Shown here piece by piece: positions 28,693-36,918 of a stretch of 64,000 nt of DNA; position 1 is the first letter of the stretch; each line of letters opens with the position of its first letter. The DNA is from an uncultured Gammaproteobacteria bacterium (GTDB lineage: Bacteria > Patescibacteriota > Patescibacteriia > 2-01-FULL-39-33), in NCBI GenBank assembly GCA_964573235.1, contig CAZNIV010000001.1, positions 3,709 through 67,708 on the forward strand. Reading direction: 5' to 3'. The notes under the pieces are model-generated. The model worked only from the letters and a program-made list of their open reading frames with translations, did no database searches and was not told where the DNA came from. A program made the position numbers and the translations under genes.

Positions 28693-29952
28693 CTAAATTT
28701 TCACCTTCAACTCTTCTTCAAGCATCTCATAGCTTAAATCCCCTTTAAATAGTGCCCATTTTTCCATTTTTTTCTCCTGATCATAGAATTTATTCTCATA
28801 AATTTCATAATCGGCGCGATACTTTTCTGGCGTTAAATTAAGCATGATCGCATTAGCGCCAGCCATAAACGCCTTATGCCGAAATTGCTCACCATAAAGC
28901 GTTTCCATGGCAGTAGTAACGGGTATTCTGGCTTTAGGTAAAACTAAGCGAATAGTGGCAATAATTTTTAACATCATTTCTTCTGGTAAAATTATCTCAT
29001 CAACCAACGGGGTATTTTTCGATGGCACTAATGGCCCAAATGACGGCATGAAAGCATTAAACCTTTTTAGCGTCAAAATATCTACCGCTAAATCAGTTAC
29101 TGATTGCTTAGGTAAGCCAGCGATAAAACCAGTGGCAATGGTATAACCTAATTTTAAACAACCATCAATTAATGCACGGCGATCGGCACCATCTTCGCCT
29201 TGATGCAAATCAGTATACAATCTATCATTCATTTCTTCGTATCTAATTAAAACGCCATTAGCACCAGCTTTTTTTAATTGCTGATAAACTTCCAAAGAGC
29301 GACCACCAATACTCAAATATAAAAACGCGCGAAAACGCTTTTTAATTTCTGTCACTAAACTTATTAAATCAGCGTCAGAATAAGTATAATCTTCCCCGGA
29401 TTGCAATACTAAAATTTTATAACCTTTATCCTCTACCGCTTCTCGCACCGCTTCAATAATTTCTTCGCTCGTCATACGATAACGCTTTACCGCCTGATTA
29501 CCACATCTAATGCCACAATACTGACAATTACTAGCGCAATAATTAGAAAACTCAATCAAACCATGCACGCAAATATGATCTTTAATACTAGTTTTTCTGG
29601 TAATATTGGCCTCAGAATACAACTCATTTAAATCAGCTTCGGATTTTAAGGTTAATAAATATTCAATATCTGCCTGTTGCAATTTGTCTGACTTAGCTTT
29701 AGCTAAGATATTTTTTAATTCTTGATTTTGACTGGGCTCGGCCAATGGATAAGCTTTTAGCAACGCAAAAATTTCTTCTGCCTCTGAAGCGGAAATTTTT
29801 TTCAGTAAAAAATCATTGGTAAATAAAACCCAGTCACCGATCTGTAAGTCTTCTGGCGTTAACATTTTTACTTCTTTTTCTCGGCCACTCACTTCTAATT
29901 TGGCCGAAACGCCAGAAACCGACAAGACCTTTGCCGGTAAAGTCAAACACAT
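28693..29952 (-). CDS. Fusion of N-terminal HypC/HupF domain and HydE-like (BioB/PylB superfamily) radical SAM domain
   Basis: aa 1-68 MCLTLPAKV...IGDWVL...ISASEAEE is HypC-like. Then IEFSNYCASNCQYCG (CxxxCxxC), VLQSGED, GLPKQ, NTPL, IPVTTAM, GANAIM.NLTP..YR..YEIY.NK, which are HydE-like. Confidence 0.85.
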   Translation of the reverse strand: MCLTLPAKVLSVSGVSAKLEVSGREKEVKMLTPEDLQIGDWVLFTNDFLLKKISASEAEEIFALLKAYPLAEPSQNQELKNILAKAKSDKLQQADIEYLLTLKSEADLNELYSEANITRKTSIKDHICVHGLIEFSNYCASNCQYCGIRCGNQAVKRYRMTSEEIIEAVREAVEDKGYKILVLQSGEDYTYSDADLISLVTEIKKRFRAFLYLSIGGRSLEVYQQLKKAGANGVLIRYEEMNDRLYTDLHQGEDGADRRALIDGCLKLGYTIATGFIAGLPKQSVTDLAVDILTLKRFNAFMPSFGPLVPSKNTPLVDEIILPEEMMLKIIATIRLVLPKARIPVTTAMETLYGEQFRHKAFMAGANAIMLNLTPEKYRADYEIYENKFYDQEKKMEKWALFKGDLSYEMLEEELKVKI

Positions 29953-29961
29953 AAATTTAAA

Positions 29962-30108
29962 TTACATTCTGTTTTTACGAAAAATGGTAGCCAAACCCAA
30001 AACGATCAAAGCAATTGGCCAAATCAAATCCCAATTGATCGCTGGCACTACGCCCAAATACTTGAGCAAGAAAACCAAACCCACAACTACCAATGCTACT
30101 CCCAACAT
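29962..30108 (-). CDS. Small 2-TM membrane protein (48 aa, DUF5668/LiaF-TM-like)
   Basis: Not in ORF track. My translation: MLGVALVVVGLVFLLKYLGVVPAINWDLIWPIALIVLGLATIFRKNRM. It fills the gap inside the operon. Confidence 0.75.
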   Translation of the reverse strand: MLGVALVVVGLVFLLKYLGVVPAINWDLIWPIALIVLGLATIFRKNRM

Positions 30109-30120
30109 ATATTTAAAAAA

Positions 30121-30942
30121 TTAATTAAATTTAATATAATCTTTAATTTCACTCCAGGTGAATACCGGGCCATCTTTACATACATAATACGGGCCAATAG
30201 CGCAATGTTGGCAAACACCAACCCCGCAATACATTTTCTTTTCTAATGACACATAAATATTTTCATCTTTTATGCCTTTGGCCTGCAATTGTTCTACCAC
30301 AAACTTATACATCACTGGCGGACCAACAATAATGGCAATAGAATTAGAAGTAATAACGCGTTTAGCCAATAAATTAGTAATTAAGCCTTTATCCCCTTTC
30401 CAATCTTTTTCTGGCTTATCTAAAGTTAAATTAAACTCGCTATGCTTTTTCCAGTAATCATGCTCAGATTTAAAAAGTATTGAGTGCTGATTTAAGCAGC
30501 CATAAAAAATTTGCATCACCGTATTATCTAATCGGCCGGCCATATAATCAACAATAATTGGCCTAAGTGGAATAAAACCACAACCGCCACCAATTACAAT
30601 CAACGGTAAATCTTTAGCCTTTTCCACGTCAAAACCGTTGCCAAACGGGCCACGAATATCTACCTCATCACCTACTATTAAATTACTGAATTTATGCGTC
30701 AATAAACCCACGTCACGAATAGCTAACTCAAAATAATTTTTTGCCTCAAACGGCGACGAACAAATACTAATCGGACACTCGCCCCAACCCGGCAAACCCA
30801 CTTGCATAAATTGGCCATGAATAAAAGCAAAGTTTTTTTGCTGCTTAGTATCAATAAATTTTAAACGCCACAAAATTGTATCGGGCGACAAGCACTCAAC
30901 GGCAACAATTTTAGCTTTTTGCGGTTGATAAATATTGATCAT
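30121..30942 (-). CDS. Group 3b hydrogenase gamma subunit (FAD/NAD(P)-binding, [2Fe-2S]; AsrB-like)
   Basis: GQFM, PISI.S, RGPFGNGF, GGGCGFIPLR, GPPVM, MYCGVGVCQHC...VCKDGPVF. Confidence 0.9.
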   Translation of the reverse strand: MINIYQPQKAKIVAVECLSPDTILWRLKFIDTKQQKNFAFIHGQFMQVGLPGWGECPISICSSPFEAKNYFELAIRDVGLLTHKFSNLIVGDEVDIRGPFGNGFDVEKAKDLPLIVIGGGCGFIPLRPIIVDYMAGRLDNTVMQIFYGCLNQHSILFKSEHDYWKKHSEFNLTLDKPEKDWKGDKGLITNLLAKRVITSNSIAIIVGPPVMYKFVVEQLQAKGIKDENIYVSLEKKMYCGVGVCQHCAIGPYYVCKDGPVFTWSEIKDYIKFN

Positions 30943-31904
30943 AGATTTTTAAGCACCTCATTGATTTTAATTCCCACTGGGCAAACATTACTGCAACGAT
31001 TACAACTAACACAACCCGGCAAGCCGTATTCTTTAGGAATGCGCACAAATTTATGGGTATACCAAAAATAAATCTTTTGTTTAGCGGTATCTAGCGATTT
31101 ATGCCCGCCAGCCACCAAAGAAAAATCATTATAAAAGCAATTACCCCACTTGCGAACGCGACCGGTATTATTCACATCATTTTTATCTTCTAAATCAAAG
31201 CAAAAACAAGTCGGGCATACAATAGAACACTTACCACAAGCGATGCAAGTTTTGCCCAATTCTTCCCAAATTGGCTGATCAAAAGACTGATCAACTTTCT
31301 TTTTTAACAATAACATGCGCTTATCTTGGCCTTCTTCGGCAATCGGCCCAGCAAATTCTACGTGCTGATATTTTTTGGCACCACGCTTTTCTAAAAATAA
31401 CTGACCTTTTTCTGATCCGGAATATAAATCATAACCATCATTAACTCTGGCCATCAAAAAGATATCAAACACTAAGTGCTCTAAAAAGTTTTCTTCCCAA
31501 TTATGGGTAAAGACTTTATATTTTTTAAATTCCTCGGGCGCGCCCGTACCTAATCCCACTATTAAAGTACGACGACGACGTTCTTGATAATATTTATCCT
31601 TAGAAAATACCTGCTCCCACAAAGCCAACGCCTTTAAATCCAAAACATTAATGCCCACCAAAGAAAATTTTGGCCAAACACGAGTTTCTTCTTTTAAATT
31701 ACCGCCACTAATGCCAAATAAGCGTTCCTCAGCCGGAATTAGCCATTGCTTAAAAGAATTAACTGGCATTTCGGCCGACCAATCAATATTTTTTAAATCT
31801 GTTACTGGCGCTACCTTAAGTACACCATCAATTCTTTGAGGTGCTATAATCTGATATTCTTTAGAAATGGCTAAAATTAAATTTTGTAATTCGGTTTTAT
31901 TCAT
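30939..31904 (-). CDS. Group 3b hydrogenase beta subunit (4Fe-4S dicluster; AsrA-like)
   Basis: CIACGKCSIVCPTCFC, RKWGNC, HKF, CVSCNRCSNVCPVGI. Confidence 0.9.
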   Translation of the reverse strand: MNKTELQNLILAISKEYQIIAPQRIDGVLKVAPVTDLKNIDWSAEMPVNSFKQWLIPAEERLFGISGGNLKEETRVWPKFSLVGINVLDLKALALWEQVFSKDKYYQERRRRTLIVGLGTGAPEEFKKYKVFTHNWEENFLEHLVFDIFLMARVNDGYDLYSGSEKGQLFLEKRGAKKYQHVEFAGPIAEEGQDKRMLLLKKKVDQSFDQPIWEELGKTCIACGKCSIVCPTCFCFDLEDKNDVNNTGRVRKWGNCFYNDFSLVAGGHKSLDTAKQKIYFWYTHKFVRIPKEYGLPGCVSCNRCSNVCPVGIKINEVLKNL

Positions 31905-31910
31905 GGATTT

Positions 31911-31919
31911 ATTATAACA
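31911..31919 (-). promoter_or_regulatory. Extended -10 promoter of the hydrogenase operon, probably leaderless
   Basis: TGTTATAAT ends 6 nt before the ATG at 31904, placing +1 at or next to the start codon. Confidence 0.6.
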
Positions 31920-31967
31920 TAACTAAGAAAACCCCACCAACAAAAAATATTAATACAATTACCAAAA

Positions 31968-32291
31968 CTACTTATTTAAATTTAAAATAAACCAATACCC
32001 ACCACCAGTTGCGTAACGCGGACCAGGCCCCTCTTTAACTAGGATATACTCTTTTTCTGAACCTAAATACTCTCTTACACTATCCACTTGACTTGGTATG
32101 GCATCAATTAAAATATCTCCGCTCTCCCCCAAAGGCAAATGTCCTTGATTAATCCATTCTTTTAATTCAAATACCAAAGTACCTAAGCCCGTTAAAATTT
32201 TTAACTCTTCTCGTAATTTAATAACGGCTTCTTTAATTCTATTCTCCTCTGATAATTCCGGTCCAGTAACCTCTCTTTTAAATGGCTTCAT
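31968..32291 (-). CDS. Hypothetical protein
   Basis: 107-aa ORF 11 nt downstream of rmuC on the same strand; no motif recognised. Confidence 0.55.
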   Translation of the reverse strand: MKPFKREVTGPELSEENRIKEAVIKLREELKILTGLGTLVFELKEWINQGHLPLGESGDILIDAIPSQVDSVREYLGSEKEYILVKEGPGPRYATGGGYWFILNLNK

Positions 32292-32302
32292 AAATATTGC
32301 AA

Positions 32303-33385
32303 TTATTCCTCACTACTTGGCTTCTCTAATAAATTCACTTCCAATTCGCTATCCGACTTAGTAATCTTAACAATATCCTTATCGATCTTTTTTAATTCTT
32401 TACCAGCCAAATTATAGGAATTAACGGTGGTGCCTAAATTATTGCCCAATTTTTCAAAATAATCACTATACGCCAAAATATGCTTTTGTAATTTTTCCAC
32501 ATTACCTTGAATTTCTTTGGCGTCTTTTTCGATTTTCAGCGCGCGTAAACCTTGCAATACTGTTTGCAAATAAGCAGCAAAAGTGGTTGGAGACACAATA
32601 ATCACCTTCTTTTCATTAAAAGCATAATCAATTAAACTGCGAGTATTTACCTTAACGGCGCCCACCTCATTAATTAATAAATCATAATAAATACCCTCTG
32701 ATGGGATAAACATAAAAGCAAAATCCAATGTTCCCTCTTCTGGACGAATGTATTTAGCCGTTTCATCAATACGCTTTTTTAAATCATCTTTAAAAGCTTT
32801 TTCTAAGACTAACTTTTTACTCTCATCAGTTTCATCTAAAATTCGACGATAATTTTCTAAAGAAAACTTAGCATCTACCGGTAATACATTGTCTTTAATT
32901 TTCACTACCGCATCGACGGCATCACCATTTTTAAAGCGATATTGCATCTCATAAGCCTGGGGCGGTAAAATATTTTGCAAAATTAAATCCAAACCCGCTT
33001 CACCAAGGGAACCGCGATTTTTAGAATTAGTTAAAACTTTTTCTAAATTTTTTAACTGCTCAGTAAAAGACATTACCTGCTTATTAGTTTCCTGTAACTG
33101 GGTTACCTTTTCGGTTACACCCCTAATTACACTCAAGCTCTGACTAAACTGACTTTGCATTTGACGATTAGATTCAGTTAATTTTCCATCTACCGTTTGA
33201 TTTAAATTGCGAATATTTAAATCCATCGCTTGATTCAATTCTTTAATACGCTCTTGCAACATCACCAAAGACTGGCCATTTTTATCTTGATTGCCTAATT
33301 GCTCCATTTTTTGACTAAACAAAATAAACATTCCCGCCAAAGCCAACAAAACCAAAGCTAATAGAATCACTAATAATATTTCCAT
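32303..33385 (-). CDS. rmuC: DNA recombination protein RmuC
   Basis: N-terminal TM, coiled coil, RGSLGE, VDAKF, KYIRP..T.DFAFMFIPSE, VSPTT. Confidence 0.93.
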   Translation of the reverse strand: MEILLVILLALVLLALAGMFILFSQKMEQLGNQDKNGQSLVMLQERIKELNQAMDLNIRNLNQTVDGKLTESNRQMQSQFSQSLSVIRGVTEKVTQLQETNKQVMSFTEQLKNLEKVLTNSKNRGSLGEAGLDLILQNILPPQAYEMQYRFKNGDAVDAVVKIKDNVLPVDAKFSLENYRRILDETDESKKLVLEKAFKDDLKKRIDETAKYIRPEEGTLDFAFMFIPSEGIYYDLLINEVGAVKVNTRSLIDYAFNEKKVIIVSPTTFAAYLQTVLQGLRALKIEKDAKEIQGNVEKLQKHILAYSDYFEKLGNNLGTTVNSYNLAGKELKKIDKDIVKITKSDSELEVNLLEKPSSEE

Positions 33386-33396
33386 AAATTTAATTG

Positions 33397-34548
33397 TTAT
33401 TTATTAAGCTTAGCAAATTCCAACACGGCCTTCAAATAATTTTCTACTTGAAACTTTTTTGCTTCGTTTAAGCGATCTTCAGAAAAATTAATTTCTTCGC
33501 GACTAGTTAAAATACGATTAAGTTTTTCACCAAAATTACCTTTAGACCAATTAAATAACCAACCCATTTGCTTGTCTTTAATCAGTTCCGGCAAAGCTCC
33601 AATATTTGCGGCTAAAACCGGTATACCATGGGCAAACGCCTCAATAATCACCATGCCAAAGCTTTCTGGCGTTTTTGACGGATTAACCAATAAATCAATC
33701 TGAGGCCAAATTTTATCTTCTAGTTCCTGATGGGTTAATTGGCCGTAAAAAATAATTCTTCGATCATCATCGGCTAATATTTTAGCCTTTTCACTTGCCG
33801 ATCCTTCACCCACCACATGCAAGGTAAAATCGCCCACAATCTTTTTAAATTCGGTAATTAATTCTAAAATACCTTTATATTCTTCAATTTGACCGATGTA
33901 AACTAAATTATCAATACGACCATCAAATTTTATTTCTTTAACTACCACATCCACTGGATTGCCTAAAACTTTTTTATCAGCAAAATCAAAATAACCATGT
34001 CTATCATATAAATCAGTAAAGTAATGCGATGGAAAAATCACTTTTTTAACCGCACTAAATAAAAATCGACACACTATGCGATAAGCTTTAGCCACTAAAC
34101 CATCTCTAGATTCCACCAAGCCACTAGGGTAAATCAACTGCGCATCATGAATAGTATGGATCCAAGGAACATCTAATCTGGCTAATTTTCCTGGCAAAAT
34201 ATAACTTAAACCTTTTAAATTATGCGTCAAAATTAAATCTGGTTTATTTTGTTTAATGATATTCATCACCTTGTTCGCCTGCTTAAAATTAAACATATCG
34301 CGAATATGCCAAAAAATACGACGCCAAAATGGTTTCTTATTGATATCTAAATAATTAAAAATATTCTCCGCCGACAAACGATAAACCCTCACCCCCTCCA
34401 ATAACTCAACATCTTCTTTTTTGCCCAAAGTAATAACAGAAACATCATGCTTAAGTAAACGCAAACGCTCTACTACCGTGGCCACCACCGTTTCAGCGCC
34501 ACCCCTAAAAAAGGGTTTATAAATTGAATGGATGACAGCTATTTTCAT
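33397..34548 (-). CDS. Glycosyltransferase family 4
   Basis: GGAE, YKG, ESFGMVIIEAFAHG. Confidence 0.9.
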   Translation of the reverse strand: MKIAVIHSIYKPFFRGGAETVVATVVERLRLLKHDVSVITLGKKEDVELLEGVRVYRLSAENIFNYLDINKKPFWRRIFWHIRDMFNFKQANKVMNIIKQNKPDLILTHNLKGLSYILPGKLARLDVPWIHTIHDAQLIYPSGLVESRDGLVAKAYRIVCRFLFSAVKKVIFPSHYFTDLYDRHGYFDFADKKVLGNPVDVVVKEIKFDGRIDNLVYIGQIEEYKGILELITEFKKIVGDFTLHVVGEGSASEKAKILADDDRRIIFYGQLTHQELEDKIWPQIDLLVNPSKTPESFGMVIIEAFAHGIPVLAANIGALPELIKDKQMGWLFNWSKGNFGEKLNRILTSREEINFSEDRLNEAKKFQVENYLKAVLEFAKLNK

Positions 34549-35693
34549 AATTGACGATAAACATCCGCCATCAAATCAGCTACCACTGACCAAGAATATT
34601 TAGCTTTAGCGCGCTTAATCGCTTGTTCTGACATACTTTGCGCGGTATGTGGATAACTCAATATTTTATTCATTTTTTCTGCTAAATCAAGAGCATTTTT
34701 GGGCTCACACAACAAACCTGTCACTTCATTTTTAATCGTTTTACGACTACCCGGCCAATCTGAAACCACTGCCGGCAAACCACAAGCTTGAGCCTCAGCA
34801 ATCACTATACCAAAACTTTCCGTGCTTTCAGTAGATGGTAAAACAAACACATCACAATTGCTATAGTATTTTGGCAATTCTTCGTTTTTAACCCAGCCCA
34901 GAAAAATAATCCTATCTTCAATGCCTAATTGTCGTGCCAAATCCTTGTACTGTTTTTTTAACTCCCCATCGCCAATCACCAAGAGTGCTAAGTCGTTTTT
35001 AATACTCAAATTTTTTACCGCCCTAATTAATACATCCACGCCCTTGAAAAAATGCTGTTTATCTAATCCGCCAACAAAAATAATTTTTTTAGTTTTTTCA
35101 CCTAAATTATAATACTGATTAAATAATAAATCTTTTTCCTGGGGCTGAAAAATATTTTCATCAATACCATTAGGCACAACTACAAACTTTTCATGCTGTT
35201 TAGTAAAAAATGGTTTTAAACGACAATACTTAGCGTGATCTTCGGATAAAACAAAAAACTTATCACAAGCCTTAACCATTAACCCTAAAAATAACTTAGA
35301 ATAAACGGCAAAGAAATATTTCTGCCAACCAAAGCCAATGGCGTCCATTTCGTAATGCACCACTAACTTAAGACGCGGATATATTTTTTTAGCCAATATC
35401 ACCACTAAATCCGTACCAAAAAAAGGGTAATATAAATGCGCAATATCAAAATTACGCAATTGCCATAATAAACTTAATAAAAATCCAGCATGGCCAAGTC
35501 CAAGCCAGTTTTTAAGCGGTTTAAAAGTATAACCAGTATCCACGGCATATCTCTTGCCTTTAATCACTGGCGTAAAGGCTGTGACATCAAAACCACGCTT
35601 ACTAAGCTCTTTAGCCTGATAATAAGCGTTATTACCAATACCGCCCCCATTTGGTGGCCAAGCGCAAACGATAATCGCTAGCTTTTTGTTCAT
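34545..35693 (-). CDS. Glycosyltransferase family 4
   Basis: PNGID, FKGVD, ESFGIVIAEAQACG. Confidence 0.9.
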   Translation of the reverse strand: MNKKLAIIVCAWPPNGGGIGNNAYYQAKELSKRGFDVTAFTPVIKGKRYAVDTGYTFKPLKNWLGLGHAGFLLSLLWQLRNFDIAHLYYPFFGTDLVVILAKKIYPRLKLVVHYEMDAIGFGWQKYFFAVYSKLFLGLMVKACDKFFVLSEDHAKYCRLKPFFTKQHEKFVVVPNGIDENIFQPQEKDLLFNQYYNLGEKTKKIIFVGGLDKQHFFKGVDVLIRAVKNLSIKNDLALLVIGDGELKKQYKDLARQLGIEDRIIFLGWVKNEELPKYYSNCDVFVLPSTESTESFGIVIAEAQACGLPAVVSDWPGSRKTIKNEVTGLLCEPKNALDLAEKMNKILSYPHTAQSMSEQAIKRAKAKYSWSVVADLMADVYRQL

Positions 35694-35760
35694 TTTACTG
35701 ATATTATTTGCTTATACAACTACTTAAAGCATACTATTTTAAACGAACTCAGTCAAAGCT

Positions 35761-36537
35761 ATGTCTAAAAAATATTTAATTGGCATCGACTTACACGGCA
35801 CCTTACTTAATGAGCAATGGCAAATAGAAAATAACCTAATTTCTCCATTAGCCGAAAAATTATCTGCCTTAAAAAAAGATTGTCTAATTTATGTCTGCTC
35901 CGGCAATGACCTAACTTTTATCCAGCAATATATTCCCGAATCAATTCGCCAATTATTTGACGGTTATATTTTAGAAACCGGCTGCACTATAAGCGAAGGC
36001 ATAGAAGAAAAAATTATTGTGCCAAGCGAAACATTAAAAATTATTAAATCATTAGAAGATAAACTTCGCCAAGCCAACATCCCCGAAGTAAAATATTTTG
36101 GTCGCCGGCTATCCACTATTAGCCTATTCACTAGAGATGAAAGCAGTGGGCCAGAACCGGATATTATTCATGATCGCGTAAAAAATCTAGTTAACGAATT
36201 AGGCTTTACTGATCATGTCTTGGTCACTCACTCTAATGTAGCGGTAGATATTATCCCTTTGGGTTTTAATAAATTTACCGGCATGCGCCATATTGCCAAC
36301 AATTTAAAAACTATTGGCATTGCCGATTCTTTAAACGACAGTCACATGATTTTAGGCGCTGACTACTCTTTTATTCCCGCTAACGCCTCCGCTAAGCTTT
36401 TAAATTTACTAGAAAAAAATCAAAAAACGGTAGAAAAAATTCACCAAGCCCAAAAAGCTACCATTCTGCAAAGCCAATATGGCCATACTCTGGGTGTAAT
36501 TGACGCTTTAGATTTTATAGCCAAAAATTTGATATAA
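35761..36537 (+). CDS. HAD-superfamily hydrolase (Cof-like, subclass IIB)
   Basis: Motif I DLHGTL (variant of DxDGT), CSG, FNK, ADSLND. Confidence 0.8.
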   Translation: MSKKYLIGIDLHGTLLNEQWQIENNLISPLAEKLSALKKDCLIYVCSGNDLTFIQQYIPESIRQLFDGYILETGCTISEGIEEKIIVPSETLKIIKSLEDKLRQANIPEVKYFGRRLSTISLFTRDESSGPEPDIIHDRVKNLVNELGFTDHVLVTHSNVAVDIIPLGFNKFTGMRHIANNLKTIGIADSLNDSHMILGADYSFIPANASAKLLNLLEKNQKTVEKIHQAQKATILQSQYGHTLGVIDALDFIAKNLI

Positions 36538-36577
36538 TATAAGTAGCGCTCTTTAATTTAACTAACGGAGGTGTACC

Positions 36578-36874
36578 ATGAAACGAGAAAATCTTGTTTA
36601 TTTGGTCGCCACCGACCAAACCGGAAACACCGTTCAATTCCAACGAGAATGCCCTCCTGGAGTGCAAATTTACTCTAAGGAAGGCACTTGGACTTGCAAT
36701 AATGATCACAAGCCGATTCACTATCAAATCGGTTCTGGGGTCAGAATGGGCGTCACAGATGATAAACTGCTTTATGCGCGGTCAAATGTCATTGGCGTCT
36801 ACGATTCTACCAAGCCGGAACAGCTCAACAATGCTATCGTGGCCATCATTACAGCCACGAGTAGTGCAGACTAA
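36578..36874 (+). CDS. Hypothetical protein (98 aa)
   Basis: Strong SD (GGAGGT) before the ATG, TGATATAAT upstream, terminator downstream. Confidence 0.7.
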   Translation: MKRENLVYLVATDQTGNTVQFQRECPPGVQIYSKEGTWTCNNDHKPIHYQIGSGVRMGVTDDKLLYARSNVIGVYDSTKPEQLNNAIVAIITATSSAD

Positions 36875-36881
36875 AAACAAT

Positions 36882-36918
36882 ACTCGCCGACCATAATGTC
36901 GACGAGTTTTTTATTTTT
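36882..36918. terminator. Intrinsic terminator between convergent genes
   Basis: ACTCG-C-CGAC/GTCG-A-CGAGT hairpin followed by a T tract. Confidence 0.65.

Noticed and set aside
28693-29952. Calling the radical SAM gene biotin synthase, or evidence for an [FeFe]-hydrogenase
   Set aside because: Motifs fit HydE better than BioB (no YNHNL-type motif), and no [FeFe] hydA, hydF or radical SAM hydG is in the window.
30121-31904. Anaerobic sulfite reductase AsrAB
   Set aside because: No AsrC siroheme subunit; the adjacent [NiFe] small and large subunits indicate hydrogenase beta/gamma.
36594-36896. Alternative-frame 100-aa ORF overlapping 36578-36874
   Set aside because: The strong SD is positioned for the ATG at 36578, and this frame runs into the terminator.
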